Under the pieces are notes generated by a model. The model saw only the letters and a program-made list of their open reading frames with translations, ran no database searches and was not told the DNA's origin. Shown here one piece after another: positions 28,375 through 38,472 of a stretch of 64,000 nt of DNA. The DNA comes from Deltaproteobacteria bacterium (lineage in GTDB: Bacteria > Myxococcota_A > Polyangia > Fen-1088): the NCBI GenBank assembly GCA_033763315.1, contig JANRKS010000009.1:64001-128000 (forward strand), given 5' to 3'. Within the stretch, counting starts at the first letter, position 1; every line of letters begins with the position of its first letter. Both the position numbers and the translations under genes were made by a program.

Positions 28375-30729
28375 ATGCCAACCATGTTATCGAAGTCCGT
28401 GTTCCCGTTGGGCTTGACCGTTGCCGCTGCGGTGCTGGCCCCGTCCTTGGCCCTTGCGGAGGGCCGCGTGGTGCAGCTGCCCGAAGGGGGCAACCCGGCC
28501 AAGGTCATTGATAAAGGCGTGATCTGCGGCCCCATCGCGCTCGGCTGGGCGCTTGATGCCGATGGCCGCACGGTGACGCCGCCGCGCCAAGTGCCCGATG
28601 GCGGCACCCGTCAGTTCGCCACGCGTGTGGCTGAAACCAGTGCCAAGTGCAGCGAAAGCCAAGACTCGCTGACTTTGGTGGTGACTGGCAAGTGGCCTCA
28701 GCTTGAACCTGGTGCCGTGCAGTTCCTGCCTGGCGAAGGCCGCGTTGAATTGGTGGGGCAGGGGCTCACGGGCCTGCAGGTGGTCTCGCCGAACCCCGAG
28801 CCGAATGCGAACGCGCCTGAGGGACCGCGCAAAGACCGCGTCGAAAGTTGCATCGAGCCCACAGAAGTGGAACGCAACAAGAAGAAGTTTGAGTCGTGTG
28901 CCTTTCCCACGTCGCGCTTGTTGCCCGCCGACGCACGGCTTTATTGGTTGCCCGCCTACGCGCAACCGTCGCCCGACACCGCAATGTACGATGCAACCGG
29001 CGCACGGGTGGATCGCGAATCATTCTTGCTTCGCCCCGCGCGCGTGGTGTTGCCGTCTCATTTGGTTACCCGCGACGGCATTGATGTTTCCCGTGGGCCG
29101 GGCGTGGTGCCCTTGGCGTATCCCGAAGCCGTCGCCTCGGTTGATTGCGGCGTTTCCCGTTGCGACCTAGCGGAAAAGAACATTGTTCTGCGCAGCATCG
29201 CGGGGCCTGAATCGCAGATCACGATGCGGCTGCGCTTGAACCCGCGCATGTTCGTGCGCAACGCGAACGGTGGGCTTGAGCAGGAAGCTTTGTTGAAGTT
29301 GCCGCTGCTTTCATGCCCGGTGCAAGTGGTGTCGGGGCCCATTCTGCGCGATGTCACATCGCCCAAGGTGGTGGTGCGTATGGATCCCGGATGCGGTGAT
29401 GAAGCGGCCAGCTTGCATTGGTCGGTGGCAGGTGTGGACGCGCGTGTGGCGGAGGTGTTGAAGAAGAAGGAGGGCGTTTATGTGGTGTTGGTGGCTGAGC
29501 AAGTTTCACGCGAGCGCGTCACCATCACGGCCACGCGCTCCGGGCTTGATCCCGTTGTGGTGGGTTCGGCGATGCACACCTCGATCCCCGCGCCGCGTCC
29601 GCGTGCCGCGCTCGAATTGCAAGGCCATGGCCGCATCGATTTCATTCCCACGAACCGCAACGCGGTGGTGACGGTGGCGGCGTTGACGGGGGGCGCCCGT
29701 TTTGTGGTTGTGCCTGCCGAGGGCGCGTACGACGTCACCCGCGAGGGCGACAGCGTGATGGTTCGCGGCGACGATGCGGCGGCCGGCTTTTCATCGCTGC
29801 AGTTCGCATACCGTGTGAGCGGCCTGCCGAGCGAACTTGCCGACACCAACTTGGCTGTGATCACCGAATCGGTGCAACGCCAAGTGCGACAAGCGTCTGT
29901 GCCCGCGCGGTTTGCCTCTTCAGGGGGCGCCAAGGATCCTTTGGTTGAGTTTGTGTGCGTCGATAAAAAAGGCAAAGACGTTCACCTCGAACCCGGCAAG
30001 CCGTTTCGCATTCCGTTTGAAGGTCGCGAAAGCTGCCGTGTGATCATCCACCGCGAGCTGCTCAAACCAGAAGATGGGTTGCAGGAGATCTTGCTGGATG
30101 TGGACGTCACGGCCGCCGACGGCTCGCCACGTTCGCAAGCGCGTCTTTCTGAGCGCATGGTTCTACGCCCTGGCGTGGAGCCCAAGGTGTTTTGGGTGCG
30201 TGGTGGCGTGGATCAGTTTGATCGTGTGGTGGTGCGCGTGTCGCACGTGGTGGATGAAGAGCGATACGTCATCAGCCCCACGCTGCGTTCGGGCCTACCA
30301 TCGGTGCAGTGGTCAGCCATCGTTGAAGGCGGCCGGATTCGCCTTTATGCGACGGTGGCGATTCCCGCAGGGCTTTTCCGCGTGACGGCGCCCAGTGGTC
30401 AGTTGCGTTTGAACTTCGGCGTGTTGTCGCGTTTAACGTTGCTCGACGAGCTCGGCAAAGAGAGCATCTTCGGCATCGAGCTTGGCCTCATGGGCGTGGG
30501 CCTCACCACCGATGCGCTCTCGGGTACCACATACCCACCCACCTTGGCCGCCGTGGCCGGGTTGGGTGTGCGCGTGCCGCTCGGCCAAGGCGCGGCGGTG
30601 GGCATCAACGCCTGGTGCGCCTATGAGTTCCGCGATGACATCATCAAAGATGGCAAGTCTGTGGGCAGCCACTGGGCGTTTATTTTCGGCCCCAGCATCG
30701 CGGTGGGCAACGCGGGTCGCAACTTGTGA
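28375..30729 (+). CDS. Large exported Cys-containing hypothetical protein
   Basis: Signal peptide ending SLALA|E; beta-rich; C-terminal Gly/hydrophobic strand-like region; core-like codon usage. Start is approximate. Confidence 0.7.
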   Translation: MPTMLSKSVFPLGLTVAAAVLAPSLALAEGRVVQLPEGGNPAKVIDKGVICGPIALGWALDADGRTVTPPRQVPDGGTRQFATRVAETSAKCSESQDSLTLVVTGKWPQLEPGAVQFLPGEGRVELVGQGLTGLQVVSPNPEPNANAPEGPRKDRVESCIEPTEVERNKKKFESCAFPTSRLLPADARLYWLPAYAQPSPDTAMYDATGARVDRESFLLRPARVVLPSHLVTRDGIDVSRGPGVVPLAYPEAVASVDCGVSRCDLAEKNIVLRSIAGPESQITMRLRLNPRMFVRNANGGLEQEALLKLPLLSCPVQVVSGPILRDVTSPKVVVRMDPGCGDEAASLHWSVAGVDARVAEVLKKKEGVYVVLVAEQVSRERVTITATRSGLDPVVVGSAMHTSIPAPRPRAALELQGHGRIDFIPTNRNAVVTVAALTGGARFVVVPAEGAYDVTREGDSVMVRGDDAAAGFSSLQFAYRVSGLPSELADTNLAVITESVQRQVRQASVPARFASSGGAKDPLVEFVCVDKKGKDVHLEPGKPFRIPFEGRESCRVIIHRELLKPEDGLQEILLDVDVTAADGSPRSQARLSERMVLRPGVEPKVFWVRGGVDQFDRVVVRVSHVVDEERYVISPTLRSGLPSVQWSAIVEGGRIRLYATVAIPAGLFRVTAPSGQLRLNFGVLSRLTLLDELGKESIFGIELGLMGVGLTTDALSGTTYPPTLAAVAGLGVRVPLGQGAAVGINAWCAYEFRDDIIKDGKSVGSHWAFIFGPSIAVGNAGRNL

Positions 30730-30735
30730 GCGGGG

Positions 30736-31593
30736 TTATTTCAGCGCCGCTTTGGCTGCGTCCCAACGTGCGTCAAGTTCAGTCATGGGCGCGCCGCGCA
30801 CCTGCTTGCCTTCGGCCTCCAGGCTTTGCTCCATGTGACGGAAGCGGCTGCTGAAGCGCTCGACGGTGCCGCGTAAAGCGTTTTCAGGATCGATGCCCAA
30901 CTTGCGCGCGTAGTTCACCACCGAAAACAAAACATCACCAAGTTCATGTTCGATCTCCGTGGTGTTGCCGCTTTGTACGGCTTCATCCAATTCGCCGAGC
31001 TCTTCGTTGATCTTTTGGCGCGGCCCATTCACATCAGGCCAGTCAAAGCCCACCGCTGCGGCTTTGTCACCCACGCGCGCGGCACGCAACAAGGCCGGCG
31101 CTGAACGAGGCACGCCATCAAGCGCGCCGTGCTTGCCCTTCTCAGCTTTTTCTTCCGCCTTAAGCACCGACCAATTCGCCAAGACGCCTTGGCTATCGAT
31201 CTTCGCCGCTTGGGCTGCCTGTTCACCAAACACGTGCGGGTGACGGCGCACAAGCTTCTTCACAATGCCTTCCGCCACATCGTCGATGCCGAACCCACCT
31301 TCGGCGTGCCGCAGCTCGCTTTGAAACACGATCTGCAGCAACAGATCGCCCAGCTCTTCGCAGTGATCGGTGACGCTGCCGTCGTTGACGGCATCAACCA
31401 CCTCGTACGTTTCTTCGATCAAGTAAGGCAACAACGTTTGCAGCGTTTGCTCGCGATCCCAAGGGCAACCGTTGGGCGCCAACAGGCGCTGCATCAAGCC
31501 CACAAGGCGGCCGATGTTTTGCCCCGTTTGTTTGCCGGGCAGGGGCGTCAAATCAAGCGTATCCGCGGCGGGCGTGTGCAAAGAGGATGGCAT
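30736..31593 (-). CDS. mazG: Nucleoside triphosphate pyrophosphohydrolase MazG
   Basis: GCPWDREQT, IEETYEV, EELGDLLLQ, RRHPHVF, GFDWP, ELGDVLF. Confidence 0.95.
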   Translation of the reverse strand: MPSSLHTPAADTLDLTPLPGKQTGQNIGRLVGLMQRLLAPNGCPWDREQTLQTLLPYLIEETYEVVDAVNDGSVTDHCEELGDLLLQIVFQSELRHAEGGFGIDDVAEGIVKKLVRRHPHVFGEQAAQAAKIDSQGVLANWSVLKAEEKAEKGKHGALDGVPRSAPALLRAARVGDKAAAVGFDWPDVNGPRQKINEELGELDEAVQSGNTTEIEHELGDVLFSVVNYARKLGIDPENALRGTVERFSSRFRHMEQSLEAEGKQVRGAPMTELDARWDAAKAALK

Positions 31594-31708
31594 GGCGGCT
31601 GGCAGTATACGGGGTTAAGGGGCGTTGGGCGGCGGCCGAAACGAGGGTTGCCGGGGCTGCGCGCGGGCGTCATGCTAGGGCTTGGTGCGGGCTTAACCTT
31701 TTCAAAGC

Positions 31709-32713
31709 GTGGGCATGGAAGTAACCGATAGGTTCGTGGTTGAAGACAACGGGGTATTGTTGGCGCTGTCAGGGGAGCGTAACGGCAACCTGAAACGTCT
31801 CGAACGTGAAACGGGCGTGCGGGTCCACAGCCGAGGCAACGAGATCACCATCGTGGGCGGCGGAGATAAGGTAGCGATGGCCCGCCGTGTGCTTGATGGA
31901 TTGTTTCCCATGGCACGCTCAGGGCGGTTCTTAACCTCGGACGATGTGGCCAAAGCCGTGGGCGTGGCCCGGGGCAACGACGGCGGCGACGTGCATGAGG
32001 TTATGTCCGACACAATCTTGGTGGGCAGCCGCGCGCGGCCGATCGCCCCTAAAACGCTGGCCCAGAAGCAATACGTGGATGCCATTCGTGACAACGACAT
32101 CGTGTTTGGCGTGGGGCCCGCCGGCACGGGGAAAACCTACCTGGCGATGGCTTTGGCGGTGCGCGAACTGATGGAAAAGCGCGTAAAGCGCATTGTGCTT
32201 ACGCGTCCCGCCGTAGAAGCCGGCGAAAAACTCGGCTTCTTGCCGGGCAGCTTGGAAGACAAGGTATCGCCGTATTTGCGGCCGCTTTACGACGCGCTAT
32301 TCGACATGATGGATGCTGAGAAAGCCGAGCAGCTCGTGGAACGGAACCTGATCGAGATCGCGCCCATCGCGTTTATGCGTGGCCGCACCCTCAACGATGC
32401 ATTCGTTATCCTGGATGAGGCACAAAACACCACCAGCGAACAGATGCAGATGTTTTTGACGCGCCTTGGTTTTGAATCAAAGGCCGTGATCACAGGCGAC
32501 GTGACCCAGGTGGATTTGCCCTACGGCCGCCGCTCTGGCTTGGCCGAAGCGATGGCCATCCTTAAGGGGATTCCGGGCATCGAATTCCGTCATTTCAGCG
32601 ACGTGGACGTCTGCCGGCACCCGTTGGTGCAGAAGGTGATCCGCGCCTACGAGCGCCAACGCCAGCGGGAAAGTGGCGATCTGCCACCCCAGGCTGGTGA
32701 TCCAACGCCGTAG
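31709..32713 (+). CDS. phoH: PhoH-family ATPase
   Basis: [42 protein letters not shown]. Confidence 0.95.
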   Translation: MGMEVTDRFVVEDNGVLLALSGERNGNLKRLERETGVRVHSRGNEITIVGGGDKVAMARRVLDGLFPMARSGRFLTSDDVAKAVGVARGNDGGDVHEVMSDTILVGSRARPIAPKTLAQKQYVDAIRDNDIVFGVGPAGTGKTYLAMALAVRELMEKRVKRIVLTRPAVEAGEKLGFLPGSLEDKVSPYLRPLYDALFDMMDAEKAEQLVERNLIEIAPIAFMRGRTLNDAFVILDEAQNTTSEQMQMFLTRLGFESKAVITGDVTQVDLPYGRRSGLAEAMAILKGIPGIEFRHFSDVDVCRHPLVQKVIRAYERQRQRESGDLPPQAGDPTP

Positions 32714-32738
32714 CAAAGTGTTATTCTGCCCACGCATC

Positions 32739-34391
32739 ATGCGTGATCAAGGCAGCGGAACCGACAACGGGGTGACCCCCACCAGCTTGGGGGATGCGGC
32801 CCGCGATCACTATGAATTGGGCGAACTGCTGGCCATTGCACGTGCCCTGGCCTCGGAACGCGACATCCGCACGTTGCTGGATTTGATCTTGGCGAAGTCA
32901 CGCCAGATCACGGGCGCCGACGCCGGCAGCGTCTACGTCGTGGAAGACATTGCCACCGTTGCCAGCGAGGATGATCCCTGGGCCGAAGTGGACGCCGGCC
33001 GTAAACAATTGCGCTTCATGTTGTCGCAGAACGATTCGATGAAGGTGGACTTCAAAGAATTCGTGCTGCCCGTGGATGAGCGTTCGATCGTGGGCAAAGC
33101 GGTGTTGGATCGCACCAAGATCAACATTGAAGATTTGCAAGCCTTGCAGCGTGACGACACGCAATCGCGCATTCGCCACAACAGAACGTTCGACGAGCGC
33201 ACAGGATACCAAGCGCGTTCGATGTTAACCGTGCCCTTGCTTTCCGCGCGGGGTGAGCCGCTTGGCGTGATTCAGCTCATCAACAAGAAGCGCGATCCGA
33301 ACGCGATGTTGACGACGCCCGCGGATGTGGCGGCCCATGTGGTGCCGTTCGATCCCCGTTCGGAAGAGCTTGCGCTGGCGTTGGCGGCACAAGCGGGCTT
33401 AAGCCTTGAGAATGCCGTTCTCTATGAAGAAATTCGTCGCCTGTTTGAAGGCTTCGTCGACGCGTCCGTGACGGCCATCGAATCGCGCGATCCCACAACG
33501 TCGGGCCATTCGCGCCGCGTGGCCACTTTGTCAGTGGCGTTGGCCGAACGGGTGGACGCGGTCAAAGACGGGCCTCTCGCCAACATCAGCTTCAGCCGCG
33601 ACGATCTGAGGCAGATCGAGTTCGCGGGCGTGCTGCACGATTTCGGCAAAGTGGGCGTGCGCGAAAACGTGCTGGTGAAAGCAAAGAAGCTTTACCCTCC
33701 GCAGCTTGATTCAATTCGGCAGCGGTTGGATTACGCCCGCAAATGCCTTGAGGTTGAGTTTCTGGCCGAACAGCTGCACATGATCGAGCGTGGTGGAGGC
33801 AATGCCGACGCTCTCACCCAGCTTGCGCGCAAACACGCCCACGATGAAGCGCGCATTGAACGCCTGTGGACGCTGGTGATGGCAGCCAACGAACCCACGA
33901 TCATGGACGGCGAGCGTTTGGATGAGTTGACGGATCTGGCGATGCTGAAGTTTAAAGACGCGCACGGTCGCATGCAGAACTATCTTTGCGACGAGGAAGT
34001 GGCGGCTTTGCAGGTGGCGCGCGGTAGTTTAACGGAGGCTGAACGCCGCGAGATCCAAAGCCACGTGAACCACACCATTTCGTTCTTAAAGACAATCCCA
34101 TGGGGGCGCGCCTTTGCACGCATTCCACACATCGCCGGCGCGCACCACGAATCGCTCGATGGCGGGGGGTACCCTTATGGCCTCAAGGGCGAAGAGATCC
34201 CGGTGGAGGCGCGCATGCTGACCATCTCTGACATTTTCGACGCGTTGACCGCCTCCGACCGCCCCTATAAGGCGGCTGTTCCCGTCACGCGTGCGTTGTC
34301 GATCTTGGAAGACGAAGTGCGCCGCGGCCGTTGCGATCCCTTGCTATTCAATGTGTTCATTGAGACCAAGATCTACGAAAAGGTTCTGTAG
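32739..34391 (+). CDS. GAF plus HD-GYP cyclic-dinucleotide phosphodiesterase
   Basis: GAF with QLINK..F; TSGHSRRV, LHDFGK, HHE.LDGGGYPYGL, DIFDALT..RPYK. Confidence 0.9.
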   Translation: MRDQGSGTDNGVTPTSLGDAARDHYELGELLAIARALASERDIRTLLDLILAKSRQITGADAGSVYVVEDIATVASEDDPWAEVDAGRKQLRFMLSQNDSMKVDFKEFVLPVDERSIVGKAVLDRTKINIEDLQALQRDDTQSRIRHNRTFDERTGYQARSMLTVPLLSARGEPLGVIQLINKKRDPNAMLTTPADVAAHVVPFDPRSEELALALAAQAGLSLENAVLYEEIRRLFEGFVDASVTAIESRDPTTSGHSRRVATLSVALAERVDAVKDGPLANISFSRDDLRQIEFAGVLHDFGKVGVRENVLVKAKKLYPPQLDSIRQRLDYARKCLEVEFLAEQLHMIERGGGNADALTQLARKHAHDEARIERLWTLVMAANEPTIMDGERLDELTDLAMLKFKDAHGRMQNYLCDEEVAALQVARGSLTEAERREIQSHVNHTISFLKTIPWGRAFARIPHIAGAHHESLDGGGYPYGLKGEEIPVEARMLTISDIFDALTASDRPYKAAVPVTRALSILEDEVRRGRCDPLLFNVFIETKIYEKVL

Positions 34392-34393
34392 AC

Positions 34394-34885
34394 GTGCCGG
34401 TTGATTCTGTTGTGCGAGGGCGCGCCCTCGGTGTTGTGCCGGCCGCGGATGTGCTTGCCGTCAAGAAGCGTTTGCGGCTGGCGTTGGCCGCGTTGGACCG
34501 CCGCAAGTGTTCCTGCACGTTGGTGTTGACCGATGACGATGAGATCCGGGCGTTGAACCGCGATTTTCGTTACATGGATCGAGCCACGGACGTGCTCAGC
34601 TTTCATCTGCAAGAGCTGGCTGGCGAAGCCGATCCCGCGGGTGACGGAATTCATCTGGGCGACATCGTGATCTCGATCGAAACAGCACGCAGGCGGGCCC
34701 CTGGAAAGAAGCTGGTGACTGAGCTTGAGCGTTTGGCGATACACGGCCTTTGCCACTTGTTTGGCCACGATCACAAGCGAGCCAAGCAAGCGACCGTCAT
34801 GTATGCGCTTGAACGCAGACTGCGTCGGCTTAAGGCCGCTTCCAAGGCGCCGTTGCGCTCTGGCAAGCGGCCCGTCAGCGTCTAA
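34394..34885 (+). CDS. ybeY: rRNA maturation endoribonuclease YbeY
   Basis: LNRDFR..D.ATDVLSF, LGDIVIS, HGLCHLFGHDH. Confidence 0.93.
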   Translation: MPVDSVVRGRALGVVPAADVLAVKKRLRLALAALDRRKCSCTLVLTDDDEIRALNRDFRYMDRATDVLSFHLQELAGEADPAGDGIHLGDIVISIETARRRAPGKKLVTELERLAIHGLCHLFGHDHKRAKQATVMYALERRLRRLKAASKAPLRSGKRPVSV

Positions 34886-34903
34886 CGGCTGCGGCCCCGA
34901 CTT

Positions 34904-36505
34904 TTACGCCTTGAGCAAGCCGGGGATGGGCCCTGTTTTGGCCGCGTCGTCGGAGCGGACCGGCCGGCCCGCGCAAACACTGCTCATCCAGGGGCCAAAG
35001 CCCTTGCCGCCAGCGGGCGACCAATCGGCGGCCGTTAAGCCGAAGCCCGCCGCGATGGTTTGCAGGTATTGATTCACCGAAGGAATCGGGCCGTTGACGG
35101 CCGGCCGCTTGCCGTTGTTGTAGCCCATGAAATCGTACATGTTGCCATTTTTCAACGCGGCGCTGCCGCCCACGCTGAAGTACGTGAAATCATGATACGA
35201 GTGTGATGTGTCGCGGCCATCAGTGTTCAACGCCGCCGCACAGTTGGTGATGCCGATAACGATCGAGTTCTCCAACATGTCACGACCCGTGGCCGGATCG
35301 ATCAACGTGGTCAAAAACTCGGCCACCTGCGCCACCTGAACGGCGAGCGTGTTGAATGTGCCCACCTTCGATGAATCACCATCGGCGCCCGCATGCCAAA
35401 CCGTGTTGTGGTCCTGATAGGAGCCGACAGACAGATAACCGATGCGAGACAAGTCGCACAGAAACGCCACGCCCATGAGCTTGTTGAAAGAGGCAAGGTC
35501 GCCGCCCTGCGAGGCCAGTGGCTTGCACTCAGGCGAAACCGTTGCCCCTGCGATACCGCCGGCGCTGCCGCCACTGCCGCTGGTGGCGCCCTTCTCAGCC
35601 GTGGCAAGGCTTTCATTGAGCAGATCGTAGTATTGCTCAAGGCTGCGTTTGTCATTGGCGGAAAGGCTCTTCTGCCCCAGCAATCGTTTGCGCTCCTGTT
35701 GGCTGAACCGCAGGCCCATCAACGAAGCGAAGTCGCTCGTGGACATCGCCGCCAGGGGATCGGATGGCACCGCGGGCGTGGTCATGCCCCCGGCACCAAT
35801 CTTTTGCATGGCTGCGGTGACCTTTTTGCCAGCATCAAAAATAGGGCCGTTATAGATATTGCTGGTGTTGCCTGACAGCGCTTGAATTGCGCCATTGGCG
35901 TCGATGGACTCGTCGGTATCGGCACCGCCACCGCCCCAGTTGGAACTGCCCATGAACATCGAACGCTGGCCCGAGGTGTGGATCTTCTTGGCAATGATGT
36001 TATCGATGGTCACCGAAGGACCCGACAACGAGCCTGACAAGGCGAAACGCGTCCGCGTGTTGAACTTGCCACTTTGGCCTCCGGCGCTCCAAGAGCCGTT
36101 GCCGTCCGAGATGTGCCCTTGCGCCCCGGAGTAGTTCATCGCCAACCCGTTGACCACCATCATCTCTTTTTGCAAACGTGGGTTGGACTTAAGCGCGCCC
36201 TGCTCGTAAAAGCCGCCGAGTTTTCCTGGCGTTGAGCCGAACGCGCCGATGCGCACGCCGTTTGCCATATCAACCTTCAAGAGGCTTGGGTCGGCGCCCC
36301 CGTACGCGCCTTTGGCGAACTCGGGGATGCGGTGATAGCCAAGCGCCATGTGCGATTGGGAAACGATGATTAGCCGCTTCAGCTTGTTCGCCGCCTGTGC
36401 ATGGGCCACCTTGCGGCCGAGCACCGTTTCCAAAAACGGCAGCGTCGAACACATGCCCAAGCCACTCAAAAACTTCCGTCGTTCCATTGCGTTTTTCCAG
36501 CTCAT
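34904..36505 (-). CDS. Divergent DUF1552-like Tat-exported protein
   Basis: ERRKFL Tat motif, KRLI, TIDNIIA, CDLSRI, MLENS, several His motifs; RBS GGAG upstream. Confidence 0.7.
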   Translation of the reverse strand: MSWKNAMERRKFLSGLGMCSTLPFLETVLGRKVAHAQAANKLKRLIIVSQSHMALGYHRIPEFAKGAYGGADPSLLKVDMANGVRIGAFGSTPGKLGGFYEQGALKSNPRLQKEMMVVNGLAMNYSGAQGHISDGNGSWSAGGQSGKFNTRTRFALSGSLSGPSVTIDNIIAKKIHTSGQRSMFMGSSNWGGGGADTDESIDANGAIQALSGNTSNIYNGPIFDAGKKVTAAMQKIGAGGMTTPAVPSDPLAAMSTSDFASLMGLRFSQQERKRLLGQKSLSANDKRSLEQYYDLLNESLATAEKGATSGSGGSAGGIAGATVSPECKPLASQGGDLASFNKLMGVAFLCDLSRIGYLSVGSYQDHNTVWHAGADGDSSKVGTFNTLAVQVAQVAEFLTTLIDPATGRDMLENSIVIGITNCAAALNTDGRDTSHSYHDFTYFSVGGSAALKNGNMYDFMGYNNGKRPAVNGPIPSVNQYLQTIAAGFGLTAADWSPAGGKGFGPWMSSVCAGRPVRSDDAAKTGPIPGLLKA

Positions 36506-36533
36506 GTTGAACTCCGTTGACAGGCGGTAAACC

Positions 36534-38279
36534 TCAGCGTGCGCTGAAGGCTGAACTGGTGACGTAATCCAAGATTGTGTCTTGCAGCGACAGGGTGTTG
36601 GAGGGCGCCTTCTCGTCGTCCGAGCAAAGGAAGTCCTCTTTGACGCCCACGGCAAATTGATCGAACCGATGCGCGAAGCAGGCGGCGGCTTGGTCGCTGT
36701 CACCGATCACGTCGCTCAACGCGCTGGCGTCGGCCACCGAGCGGCTCACGGTATCCACGGGCACGTTGACTTGCTCCCGCACATCAACGTCCACCATTTG
36801 CAACGTCTTGCGGTTTTTCACCTGCTCCTTGGCCAGCCGCGCGCCCGTCACCGAAAACGCTGACATGGCATAGCCGTAGGGATTCATGGCCGCGTGGCAG
36901 CCGATGCAACTGCCTCGCTCGGTGAGTTTCTCGAAGAACTGGCGCGACGACATCACGTCAGGCGCGTCTGTGGGCAGCGTGGTGTCAACCTTATCCGGCA
37001 AGGCGCCGATCGTGCCGCACAACATCGTGACCTTCACGCCGTAACCCCGGTGGGCGATGGGCAAATAATCACCATAGGCACCGTGGAGGCTGAAAGCCAC
37101 GCGGGTCAGCAAGCCATGGCGATCCGTGGCGCCGGCCCGCTTAACCTCGTTTGATTTGCTCGCGCCGTAAAGCTTCGCCAACCAATCGTGCCCTGGCACC
37201 ACGTCGTCGGTGCTCATGAAATCGCGCAAGGTGCCCCCATCCTTGAGCACCACGTTCTCGAACAGCGCGCCCACTTCTTGTCGCGCCGCCGCCGCCACAA
37301 GCGCGCTTTCTTCGTTTGTTGCCACATAACTTGGCGCACCCGGGGGTGACTTGAGCAGCGACAGATTCAACCATTGCTCAGCGAAATGGCGCAGCGTCTG
37401 CCGGCCCAGATCGGTGCGCAGCAACCGCTTGGCTTCGTCCTTGCGCACCTCAGCCTTCAAAATGCTGCCGTCGGCGATCTTTTCGCGCAAAGCCTGGTCG
37501 GGCAGGGCGCTGGTCAGCGTCATGGCCAAGCGTGACCCCATGGTGGCGGCATCGATTGTGCCTGCCATCGTCAGCTCGGCGTTGTCGTAACGAAGTGCGC
37601 TTTTCGCACTCAACATGACGGACGCAAGAAAGCCCGCGTAAGCCTTGGGCGCTTGGTATTTGGCCTTATTCGCCTTGTAGGCTTGCACGAAGTAATCGAA
37701 GTCTTCGCTCGCCACGGGCTCGCGTTCGAAGGCGTCGGCGAACTTGCGTGCCACTTCTTGTCCGCAGCCGCCTTCAAGGTCGGTGGTTTGATTGCAGCTT
37801 GTTCCTAAGAAGGATTCGATGGCTCCGCGAACGCTTGCCTGTTCTGACGCCAATGTTGCCAAGCGCGCCGCCAATGCCACATAGCCATCCACGAACTGGG
37901 CGGCGATGGCCTTGTTCTCGGTGTCGAAGCCTTTGGCTTTCAGGTTCACCGGCAAGTTTGCCAACATGGATTTGACTTGCGCGTCTTTGGCGGCATCGGG
38001 GCCGAACACTTGTGCCACAATGTTGGTGGCCGCGAACGCTGTGTTCGTGGATATCTGCCACGCAGGCCGACCTGTTCGCGCCGAGCAGGCGGCGGCCACC
38101 GGCGGATCGCCCGGAGGAGCTGTGTCGTTGCCTCCAGCACCGCCCCCACTGCCATCGTCCTCGCCTTGGTTGTTGTTACCGGCCACACTGCCGGTGCACG
38201 CCGTGGCGGCATAACCACCACACAGGGCTGCGCACAACCACCAGACCCGACCGAGCGGAGAAGCATTTCGAAACTGCAT
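36534..38279 (-). CDS. Divergent DUF1592/DUF1588-type lipoprotein with a heme-c motif
   Basis: Lipobox TAC; SRLAMTLTSALPD, R.GLLT, PIAHRG, CIGCH, MNPYGY. Confidence 0.78.
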   Translation of the reverse strand: MQFRNASPLGRVWWLCAALCGGYAATACTGSVAGNNNQGEDDGSGGGAGGNDTAPPGDPPVAAACSARTGRPAWQISTNTAFAATNIVAQVFGPDAAKDAQVKSMLANLPVNLKAKGFDTENKAIAAQFVDGYVALAARLATLASEQASVRGAIESFLGTSCNQTTDLEGGCGQEVARKFADAFEREPVASEDFDYFVQAYKANKAKYQAPKAYAGFLASVMLSAKSALRYDNAELTMAGTIDAATMGSRLAMTLTSALPDQALREKIADGSILKAEVRKDEAKRLLRTDLGRQTLRHFAEQWLNLSLLKSPPGAPSYVATNEESALVAAAARQEVGALFENVVLKDGGTLRDFMSTDDVVPGHDWLAKLYGASKSNEVKRAGATDRHGLLTRVAFSLHGAYGDYLPIAHRGYGVKVTMLCGTIGALPDKVDTTLPTDAPDVMSSRQFFEKLTERGSCIGCHAAMNPYGYAMSAFSVTGARLAKEQVKNRKTLQMVDVDVREQVNVPVDTVSRSVADASALSDVIGDSDQAAACFAHRFDQFAVGVKEDFLCSDDEKAPSNTLSLQDTILDYVTSSAFSAR

Positions 38280-38472
38280 GAATCCCTCCGAGACGCCCGG
38301 CCCAAGCGTTGGCCGAGTGCAATAATTTTATCTGGTCCATAGGACTCAGTGACAAAATACTATGGCCTAGTCGTCTAGAGCTCAATACGCAGATTGGCTC
38401 ACTGGTCCCCTTTTTACAGAGACATGCGTACGGGCGCTGACACGCCTATCGCTTAACGCATACGCTGTGGAA

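Noticed and set aside
30736-31593. mazG as part of a mazEFG or anti-phage module with the MazF fragment
   Set aside because: It is a canonical two-domain housekeeping MazG about 30 kb from the toxin.
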